A DNA stretch of 27,407 bases from a virus (taxonomy: Duplodnaviria; Caudoviricetes), in IMG/VR virus record IMGVR_UViG_3300005323_000091, positions 1 through 27,407 of that record; one strand, written 5' to 3'. The notes under the pieces were generated by a model that had not been told where the DNA came from, did not search any database, and worked only from the letters and a program-made list of their open reading frames with translations. The translations under genes and the position numbers were made by a program. Position 1 is the stretch's first letter; every line of letters starts with the position of its first letter. This document shows positions 17,460 through 23,917 of the stretch, in pieces.

Positions 17460-17971
17460 CTTCCCCTCACTTTCCTTAATAACTCAGGGTTTTCGTAGAT
17501 GTTGCCGATTACTTCTAGCTCATTTATGTTTGGATACCCAAAGATGTTACTGATTTTTTCCTCTCCATCCCCGTACCACTTGTCGTAAGCCTGTTCTTTC
17601 CACTTTTCAACATAGTAATGTTCAAATATTTGTTTTAGATATACCCCGCAACCGCGTTCGTTATCCTCATAACCTTCGTGGTTGTCAAAAATTCCTATCT
17701 GCACTTCGTAGGTACTGTAACCAGCAGGATAGGTATTCTTTAGAATATCCCCCTCATAAATCTCTTTACCGTTTTTGTCTTTGAGTCCTGTGTATTGAAC
17801 TATATCTATTTCGTCAAAAAAAGCCTGACAATCAGCTTCTCCTGTTTCTTTATCCTCGTTCCAAATTTCCCTCGTTAGCACACACTTGCTGTCCCAATCA
17901 ATTATTGCGACATCAGAACGACCATCCCATCTTAGTTTTTTATCATAAGCACCGAACTTTACCTCTTTCAT
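17456..17971 (-). CDS. yopX: YopX-family phage protein
   Basis: QYTGLKDKNGKEIYEGDIL and LEVIGNIYENPELL signatures. Confidence 0.9.
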   Translation of the reverse strand: MKEVKFGAYDKKLRWDGRSDVAIIDWDSKCVLTREIWNEDKETGEADCQAFFDEIDIVQYTGLKDKNGKEIYEGDILKNTYPAGYSTYEVQIGIFDNHEGYEDNERGCGVYLKQIFEHYYVEKWKEQAYDKWYGDGEEKISNIFGYPNINELEVIGNIYENPELLRKVRGR

Positions 17972-18072
17972 ATTTTTCCTTCCCGAACTTTCCTTAGTTC
18001 GTTCAAACCAAATAACTTACCTTCAAGGTTTGTGGTTTCTTTGATTATTTTTATTGCTTCGGCTTCGGTCAT
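17968..18072 (-). CDS. 34-aa hypothetical protein (absent from ORF track)
   Basis: GAAAGGA SD; MTEAEAIKIIKETTNLEGKLFGLNELRKVREGKI; ATGA overlap with yopX. Confidence 0.5.
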   Translation of the reverse strand: MTEAEAIKIIKETTNLEGKLFGLNELRKVREGKI

Positions 18073-18208
18073 AGTTTCCTTTCCCGGGGGTGTCGTCCCC
18101 CTTAAATGACTCACATACTAGCGAGAGAATAGTTATTAAAATTAACACCACCCCGAAAAACAAGGCTAATGCAAATGTTCCTATTATTATTCCTACTATA
18201 ATGTCCAT
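18023..18208 (-). CDS. Small membrane protein
   Basis: Long hydrophobic N-terminus from probable ATG 18208. Confidence 0.5.
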   Translation of the reverse strand: MDIIVGIIIGTFALALFFGVVLILITILSLVCESFKGDDTPGKGNYDRSRSNKNNQRNHKP

Positions 18209-18242
18209 AATCGTGAGGGTCGACACCCCCACTCAACGCACA

Positions 18243-18488
18243 CTAAAGTGTGTAATAATCTTCGCCCTCGATATCTGCTTTACTTATAAGCCAACCGCGG
18301 TCTTTACCATTCCTGTGAATATGGATTATTTCGCCTTTCATAAATCCATACTCTTCCTTATTGTCCCATTCAACCTTAGTAATCTTTCTTCCGTCGACCA
18401 TATCCATTAAAGCTCCGTAAAAGTTCTCCAGCTTCGGATAGGCTTCTTTTTTCACTGATGGTGACGTTTCAGGTTCGATTGGTTCCAT
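18243..18488 (-). CDS. DUF2829 / Thoeris anti-defence Tad2-like protein
   Basis: NFYGAL..DGRKITKVEWD..WLISKADIEGEDY follows the F..AL..GK+V.R..W..W..S..D..A.DW pattern. Confidence 0.6.
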   Translation of the reverse strand: MEPIEPETSPSVKKEAYPKLENFYGALMDMVDGRKITKVEWDNKEEYGFMKGEIIHIHRNGKDRGWLISKADIEGEDYYTL

Positions 18489-18489
18489 A

Positions 18490-18981
18490 TTATCCTTTCA
18501 AATTAACTAAAATTTCAGCCGCCTCTGCATATCCCATGTCTTCACGGAATAGTCCCTTAGCCTCTAAAACTGCCCTCTGTGCAGGTGAGGCAGGGAGAGT
18601 AGACTTTTCCTCGTCCCACTTAATATAATCGCACCCTGAGGTAGTTTTGGTCGTAAAATCATACTTCCTAGTAGAGCATTGGACACCTGTCTTTCCTGTT
18701 TTGGTTGTGAATTTGACTAAATCTTGTCCGCACTTAGGACACTTATCCCCGGTAACTTCTTTGGGCTTGGCACCCCCGAAAGTACGCTTAATCTCAGGCG
18801 TATACTTATTATCTATGAGAAAGTTCTCAATATCTTTCATCACTTCAAATAGCTCCGCTTCATCATCTCGTCTTACCGTTAAGAGAAGTCCAAATCCTGT
18901 CGGACTTGTTACATTATAGGTAACTGAAGCCGTAGGATAGTTCTTTCCCTCTATAATCTCATCTAGTTCTTTTGAACTCAT
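18490..18981 (-). CDS. Protein with topoisomerase-type C4 zinc ribbon
   Basis: CPKCGQDLV..GVQCS..GCDYIKW; start moved to ATG 18981 behind AAAGGA. Confidence 0.6.
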   Translation of the reverse strand: MSSKELDEIIEGKNYPTASVTYNVTSPTGFGLLLTVRRDDEAELFEVMKDIENFLIDNKYTPEIKRTFGGAKPKEVTGDKCPKCGQDLVKFTTKTGKTGVQCSTRKYDFTTKTTSGCDYIKWDEEKSTLPASPAQRAVLEAKGLFREDMGYAEAAEILVNLKG

Positions 18982-19162
18982 TTTTTGTCCTTTCCTGTCT
19001 AACTTTGTACGCAATTCTTGGAGCTGAGATACCATACTTGGCTACAAGCTCGGCATTACTCAGTTTCCCTTCCATTTTGTCTTTATACATCTCTGCGTTA
19101 CGCTTGGTGTACCACTCTTTATTCTCGTAGTAGCCACCATCTGGCTGTTTTGAATAATTCAT
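18959..19162 (-). CDS. Small HTH DNA-binding protein (Mor-like pattern)
   Basis: RNAEMY..GKLSNAELVAKYGISAPRIAYKV. Confidence 0.6.
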   Translation of the reverse strand: MNYSKQPDGGYYENKEWYTKRNAEMYKDKMEGKLSNAELVAKYGISAPRIAYKVRQERTKNEFKRTR

Positions 19163-19168
19163 ATGTGT

Positions 19169-19197
19169 ATACTACCACACTACTATGATAGTGTCAA
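19169..19197 (-). promoter_or_regulatory. Leaderless sigma70 promoter with palindromic operator candidate
   Basis: TTGACA-17 nt-(TG-G)TAGTAT-6 nt-ATG; ACACTA-N6-TAGTGT inverted repeat at 19177-19194. Confidence 0.7.
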
Positions 19198-19262
19198 TCC
19201 CCCTTACTTAAAATAAGTAGCGCCGAAACCCATATAATAAATAGCCCTAGTCCGTACATCAT
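19194..19262 (-). CDS. 22-aa hydrophobic peptide (absent from ORF track)
   Basis: MMYGLGLFIIWVSALLILSKGD; ATGA overlap with upstream stop. Confidence 0.35.
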   Translation of the reverse strand: MMYGLGLFIIWVSALLILSKGD

Positions 19263-19513
19263 ATGGATAACTCCACACCTAGTTCCCAACTTGCCTTATC
19301 ACAGCCTGTTTCCACGACACCCGCAATGTGGTCGGAAATCTTATCACAATCAGGCTTATCTATATCAAACGGGTCACTCCCACACAAATCAAGTAAATAC
19401 TCACGGATTTTCACGTCCTCTTTGAGTCTGTTTTCTAGGTCTGTTTTGATTTCCGCTTGTTTATCAATGCTCAGGTCGTTAAATCTTATTATGTAATAGT
19501 TATTCGTCTTCAT
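19259..19513 (-). CDS. Hypothetical early protein
   Basis: Probable start MKTNNYYIIRF at 19513. Confidence 0.55.
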   Translation of the reverse strand: MKTNNYYIIRFNDLSIDKQAEIKTDLENRLKEDVKIREYLLDLCGSDPFDIDKPDCDKISDHIAGVVETGCDKASWELGVELSI

Positions 19514-19709
19514 ATTCCATCCTTCGGCGGATTTCATCCCAGTCCTCATTGTCTAAAAGCTCCTTGCCTTCTTCTTCTGAGATGACACCCCCCTCAATAC
19601 AATCCCTTACATACTCAACCATATTAATATAGTCTTCTTCACTAACCTCGTTAGTAATCTCGTCAACGTCCTGAGCATCACACGGCAGGTATTCATTTTC
19701 TATGTCCAT
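19500..19709 (-). CDS. Small highly acidic protein
   Basis: 69 aa, about one third D/E; AGGAGG SD. Confidence 0.65.
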   Translation of the reverse strand: MDIENEYLPCDAQDVDEITNEVSEEDYINMVEYVRDCIEGGVISEEEGKELLDNEDWDEIRRRMEYEDE

Positions 19710-19748
19710 TTTATCCTCCTAAATTAAATAACACTCTCTCCTTTGGGC

Positions 19749-20354
19749 TTATAGCTTATCTGCTACGCACCCGTTTCCTACACTAGACCACGCCTCAAAG
19801 CTCTTGCCGTGCCTTAGATAAATCTGGTATCCACAGTCAATGTTATTCTTTTCGTCCAACAGGTCTTTTAGTCCATAAGGACAGTAATCAGTATTCCAAT
19901 GCACTTGATTTATCTGCATTAAACCCGCATCAAATGTTCCGTTAGAATTGTAGTGCATTGCCTCAGCATTGTAGTTAGACTCACACTTAATGACGGCATC
20001 AATCACTTTGAATTCTATTGCCCCAAACTTCTCCATCACGGCTGTTTGGGTTTTCGATAATGGGTTGTCCAATGTTTTTAACATCGCCTCACCCAAGGGA
20101 CTTAACACCTCCACAGGTTTTCTCTCCTGTATCCTAAAAGGCACCTGAATACTCACCGAAAGTACACGCTGTCCCACTATCTCGTGCGCAGCACCCCATT
20201 CTGCTATTGTTCGCACTCCCGTTACAATACCTACGGTTGCAAGTAATACACCAAGTAGAATAGCACCACTGATGAGGTACACGCTTCTGCTGGTGTCAAC
20301 TTTCTTCTTTCTAGGCTTTTTGGTTTTAACAAACTCTGCTACGTCTATTTCCAT
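19749..20354 (-). CDS. Membrane-anchored lytic transglycosylase (SLT domain)
   Basis: TM helix VYLISGAILLGVLLATVGIV; AVIKCESNYN (catalytic E), DAGLMQIN, NIDCGYQIY. Confidence 0.8.
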   Translation of the reverse strand: MEIDVAEFVKTKKPRKKKVDTSRSVYLISGAILLGVLLATVGIVTGVRTIAEWGAAHEIVGQRVLSVSIQVPFRIQERKPVEVLSPLGEAMLKTLDNPLSKTQTAVMEKFGAIEFKVIDAVIKCESNYNAEAMHYNSNGTFDAGLMQINQVHWNTDYCPYGLKDLLDEKNNIDCGYQIYLRHGKSFEAWSSVGNGCVADKL

Positions 20355-20388
20355 AAAGTTTTCACCCCCGTTCAAATCAAATTGATAC

Positions 20389-20481
20389 TTAAACTCTCTT
20401 ACCGATTAAATTAAATAACACAATCACCTTCGCACTCTCCCTAACCTTACGGCTAGGCTTACGGACTGTAAAATCTGTCAT
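20389..20481 (-). CDS. 30-aa basic peptide, first ORF of early operon (absent from ORF track)
   Basis: TAAGGAGG-acatt-ATG; MTDFTVRKPSRKVRESAKVIVLFNLIGKRV. Confidence 0.45.
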   Translation of the reverse strand: MTDFTVRKPSRKVRESAKVIVLFNLIGKRV

Positions 20482-21160
20482 AATGTCCTCCTTATAAATC
20501 AACTACTAAGTAATATGATACGCTACAACTATACAACTACAAATAGAATTGAGTAAGCACGCTTGAAATTATGGCTTAACAACAACAAAAACAAGGCATT
20601 AAAGGAATTGCTGGAAATGTGATACCTAAAGGCTAAAATCATACCAGTAGTTTTGAAATGCCCACATAACAACAAAAACGACGCTCTACAATGCCCTACA
20701 GTCGATTATTAACTAATGAGCTGATACTAACTACCCGTAAAATAGCCTGTTAAAATTAACACCCCCAAACACTTAAAAGATACCCTATATATACCCCAAT
20801 AAACATCCTGCGGGAAATATGCGGGATATATCAGGCTATAAATCTGACGCCCCCAGCAGTAGATAAGATAGTAATACATAATAGAATAAGGATATCCGGG
20901 TAAAGTGTGAGTAGTAGGTAGCGTGAGCGTTCTTTATGTTATATCCGGCTCGTCCCTGTGTCCCTGTTGTATGTCAGACGCCACCACTCATAGCTCATAG
21001 TAGATAAGCATAGCAAATACATTGATATATCAACAACGCAACGTCGTATAATCACTGTATAACGACGTCTATAGGGGGGTATAGGTGCGATGTGATTTCA
21101 TTTGAAAAATATTTACATGACCCCCCACCAAATCGTATAGCATTTTTTTAAATAAAGGTA
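20482..21160. other. Divergent non-coding control region with repeats
   Basis: No ORF of 60 aa or more; strand switch; several direct and inverted repeats; possible leftward promoter TTGTAG-16-TATCAT near 20515-20542. Confidence 0.6.
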
Positions 21161-21188
21161 TTGACAATAGGATATACAATGGTATACT
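21161..21188 (+). promoter_or_regulatory. Sigma70 promoter for packaging/late operon
   Basis: TTGACA-16 nt-(TG-G)TATACT-9 nt-ATG(21198); TATAC-aatg-GTATA palindrome overlaps the -10. Confidence 0.7.
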
Positions 21189-21197
21189 CTATCGTAT

Positions 21198-21557
21198 ATG
21201 CGTTATATAAACATAAAGACTTTCCACAAGAATTTCTTTAATGAAGTTAAGGATTTGCCCGTTACTATAACAAGACTCGGTGTACCGGCATTGGTATTGA
21301 CGAAAGTAGATACAAATGTAGATACCAATGTTGTTCCGCCAAAAAATTTTTCAAAAATTCCAGAAATGCCTATATCTTTAAATCAGACCGAAGGACCTAG
21401 GGGGTTCGAGAAGAAAGAAGAGCCGTTAGGAAGATGTGTAGCTTTCAGCTGTATGGAAGACGCCGTAGGACTTGGAAAGGTCTGGGAAGACGGCGAGGAG
21501 CTGGAGGTTCCTATGTGTAAGAAGCATTTGTTTAAATCTTTAAAGGAGCATTCATGA
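21198..21557 (+). CDS. Phd/YefM-like DNA-binding domain plus C-terminal Zn-finger-like domain
   Basis: MRYINIKTFHKNF..DLPVTITRLGVPALVL; CVAFSC..CKKH. Confidence 0.55.
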   Translation: MRYINIKTFHKNFFNEVKDLPVTITRLGVPALVLTKVDTNVDTNVVPPKNFSKIPEMPISLNQTEGPRGFEKKEEPLGRCVAFSCMEDAVGLGKVWEDGEELEVPMCKKHLFKSLKEHS

Positions 21558-21724
21558 TTCCTTTAATTCTCATTCCTTTAGGTGTAGTTCTGACTTTCAC
21601 GGTGTGGGGGCTTCTAACTTCTAAGTGGACGTTGTGGACGCTTCCTTTGATTCTAATCATCGGATATGTTGCTTACGCTTGCTTTGATGGTAGTTGGTTG
21701 ATTTTACAAGAGGTGTCGAAATGA
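21554..21724 (+). CDS. 56-aa two-TM membrane protein (absent from ORF track)
   Basis: AAAGGAG SD, ATGA overlap; MIPLILIPLGVVLTFTVWGLL..LPLILIIGYVAYACF.. Confidence 0.6.
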   Translation: MIPLILIPLGVVLTFTVWGLLTSKWTLWTLPLILIIGYVAYACFDGSWLILQEVSK

Positions 21725-21780
21725 GCCTATTTTGGATTATAGTTATTATCCTTTTAATTGGGGGGTGTTCTAGGGAATGA
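21721..21780 (+). CDS. 19-aa hydrophobic peptide (absent from ORF track)
   Basis: GAGGTG SD; MSLFWIIVIILLIGGCSRE; ATGA overlaps at both ends. Confidence 0.45.
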   Translation: MSLFWIIVIILLIGGCSRE

Positions 21781-22625
21781 AAGCACTTGTTACCGGGGGC
21801 GCCGGGTTTATCGGTTCTCACCTCGTAGATAAACTACTAGACTACGGTTGTGAGGTTGTTATCGTTGACGATTTGTCCTCAGGGAACAATTTAAACCCAC
21901 AGGCAACATTCTATAAAGGAAGCACGACGGGTAGAATTAACGACGTTTTTGAAGAAGAGAGTCCAGACTTCGTATTTCACCTCGCCGCAAATACTAACGT
22001 ACCCCTCTCGGTTAAAGACCCTTTATTTGATTTTAAAACGCTACAAGGTTCTCTTAAAGTAATAGATGCTTGTTTTGAGCGGGGGGTGCCGATTTTATAC
22101 GTTTCTTCTTCTTTCGTTTATGGCGAAGCCAAGCGCCCGACCAAGGAAGATGCGCCCTTTAAACTTTCCGCCCCCTACGGAATTACGAAAAATACGACAG
22201 AAAACTATATAAAATTCTACGGTATGCAGGGACTTAGGTACACGATAGTTCGCCCAGCCACAGTCTACGGACCCCGCCAAGTAAATGGAGCGATGGCTGA
22301 TTACATCAGAAAACTCCGTGAGGATTCCAGAGCGATAATCTACGGAGACAAGACAAGGGACTATGTTTACGTCTCTGACGTAGTAGACGCGATGATTCTT
22401 GTTATGCATGAAGGCGGAACCTACAACGTCGGCACAGGCAAAGAGACCTCGTTAGAAGAGCTTTATGGTAAAATTGCTATAAGATTGAAAAAGCCCAATA
22501 ACCCGATTTTAGTAGATAGTCGTGAGGGAGAGATAGAAAGACAATGCCTTGACGCAACAAAACTTCGAAGGCTGGGTTGGAAGCCAAAGGTCTCACTAGA
22601 CGAGGGCTTGAGTTTTATTGGTTAG
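21777..22625 (+). CDS. NAD-dependent epimerase/dehydratase (extended SDR, UDP-glucose 4-epimerase-like)
   Basis: LVTGGAGFIGSHL, FHLAA, YGITK (YxxxK), VYGPRQ, RDYVYVSDV, YNVGTG. Confidence 0.92.
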   Translation: MKALVTGGAGFIGSHLVDKLLDYGCEVVIVDDLSSGNNLNPQATFYKGSTTGRINDVFEEESPDFVFHLAANTNVPLSVKDPLFDFKTLQGSLKVIDACFERGVPILYVSSSFVYGEAKRPTKEDAPFKLSAPYGITKNTTENYIKFYGMQGLRYTIVRPATVYGPRQVNGAMADYIRKLREDSRAIIYGDKTRDYVYVSDVVDAMILVMHEGGTYNVGTGKETSLEELYGKIAIRLKKPNNPILVDSREGEIERQCLDATKLRRLGWKPKVSLDEGLSFIG

Positions 22626-22663
22626 ATTCCTTTTCCTGGGCTAACTTGCGCGGGATAAGGAAT

Positions 22664-23119
22664 GTGACTAAAAGAACTAAACTAAACCCGTTTGGACTGA
22701 CCTACAAGCAAGACCTTGTTGTTAAAGACGTTGCGAGTAAAGTCAGTAAAGGCAAGAAGATGAACATAGTTGAATCTGTGGAGAAATTCTATAACACGAA
22801 AAACCGAGCCTCAGCTACGCAGGTCGTGGTACATAACATGCGCTCTCCGAATTTTCGTGAAGCCTTAGTCTCCTCTTTAATTGAGAAGAAGATTTTGGGG
22901 GCGGATTCTATCACGGAAGGAAAACTGATTGAAGGGCTAGATGCCACGGAAAAGGACGGTTCCGTAAATTACGACGCCCGCCTAAAATACATCCAAGAAA
23001 TCAACAAAATAGGCGGTGTCTACGCAGCGGAACGGAAGACCACAATGTCGTTAAATGTAGACATGACCGAAGAGGAGTTAGATAAGCACATCAGGGAGTT
23101 ACAAGAGCAGCTTGAGTAA
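22664..23119 (+). CDS. Probable terminase small subunit
   Basis: N-terminal LTYKQ helical motif, C-terminal DMTEEELDKHI; upstream of large terminase; start moved to GTG 22664 behind TAAGGA. Confidence 0.55.
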   Translation: MTKRTKLNPFGLTYKQDLVVKDVASKVSKGKKMNIVESVEKFYNTKNRASATQVVVHNMRSPNFREALVSSLIEKKILGADSITEGKLIEGLDATEKDGSVNYDARLKYIQEINKIGGVYAAERKTTMSLNVDMTEEELDKHIRELQEQLE

Positions 23120-23132
23120 TTTGATAATTTAA

Positions 23133-23264
23133 TAGGCTCGTGGGTTAGTGGAAAAAACACCCTACCTAGCTCTTTCGTACAGGGGTTTGGAGACCGCCGA
23201 GATTCTTGTCTCCACCAAGTTTTACCCAGCATAAAAATCCAAGCAAAAGTCCCTGACGAGCCTA
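23133..23264 (+). ncRNA. Candidate multi-stem RNA/DNA structure between terminase genes
   Basis: Closing stem TAGGCTCGT/ACGAGCCTA (9 bp), inner TGGAGAC/GTCTCCA (7 bp), GGGT/ACCC helices. Strand uncertain. Confidence 0.45.
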
Positions 23265-23280
23265 CTAAGTTATGAACAAC

Positions 23281-23309
23281 TTGAATAAATCTCGATGTCG
23301 TGACATAAT
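23281..23309 (+). promoter_or_regulatory. Leaderless promoter
   Basis: TTGAAT-17 nt-(TG-A)CATAAT-6 nt-ATG(23316). Confidence 0.6.
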
Positions 23310-23315
23310 TACCCT

Positions 23316-23498
23316 ATGAAATTTCTATGCGTTGATTGTGAAAAAGAGTTACTAGAAGTACCCGTATTTAACGGGGGCGACGAGGCTTATCCCCCCTCAT
23401 TTCTTTTTTGTAAAAATGAAAAGTGTAAAAGATTCGGACTTCTGTCAGTAACTTACAAGGCGGTTGAAAATGTTAAGAGTAAACGTAAGGCAGTTTAA
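23316..23498 (+). CDS. Small Zn-ribbon protein
   Basis: CVDC..CKNEKC. Confidence 0.6.
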   Translation: MKFLCVDCEKELLEVPVFNGGDEAYPPSFLFCKNEKCKRFGLLSVTYKAVENVKSKRKAV

Positions 23499-23625
23499 TA
23501 GGGAGATGTATTCTTTTCTGAAATCCCTACCGATAATCGTTTATAATAAGAAGACAAAGAAGGATTTATTTAAGGTCGTAGAGATAGGGGGTGCAGATGA
23601 TAATATTCAATCCGACAAACTTTAA
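23470..23625 (+). CDS. Second Phd/YefM-like small protein (51 aa, absent from ORF track)
   Basis: MLRVNVRQFNREMYSFLKSLPIIVYNKKTKKDLFKVVEIGGADDNIQSDKL; aligns by eye with the N-terminus of the 21198 protein. Confidence 0.55.
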   Translation: MLRVNVRQFNREMYSFLKSLPIIVYNKKTKKDLFKVVEIGGADDNIQSDKL

Positions 23626-23917
23626 TGTAGAGTTCCGCTGCGGCGGTCAGACATATATTTTTAAGCCCAAAGAGTCGAGAAATCTCCCAGACAACGTGGC
23701 AGACCACGCAATCAATAGGCAACACGCCCCCTTAGTAGAACACACGCCTGCTTACGATAAAGAGGTAGAAATCTCAGATACTAAGTATTCCGAAATCCCT
23801 TGGAGAAAACTCGTTGCTATGGCTTCCGCAAGGGGAATCTTTAAGCCCGGTACAACGAGACCCGCACTAGAAAAGATAATGGAGGAACATGACCAGCTCG
23901 AAAGAGGAACTGTATAG
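23597..23917 (+). CDS. Hypothetical protein with C-terminal HeH/Rho_N-like helical motif
   Basis: YSEIPWRKLVAMASARGI..TRPALEKIM; ATG 23597 behind GGGGGTG. Confidence 0.5.
   Translation: MIIFNPTNFNVEFRCGGQTYIFKPKESRNLPDNVADHAINRQHAPLVEHTPAYDKEVEISDTKYSEIPWRKLVAMASARGIFKPGTTRPALEKIMEEHDQLERGTV

Noticed and set aside
11757-19496. Plus-strand ORFs inside the early arm (e.g. 11757-12026, 15745-16311, 16451-16900, 18090-18410)
   Set aside because: Antisense shadows of better supported minus-strand genes or of the structured non-coding region.
23250-23264. Hammerhead ribozyme (CTGACGA core)
   Set aside because: No GAAA at the required position beside stem II in either topology; the motif is part of a plain closing stem.
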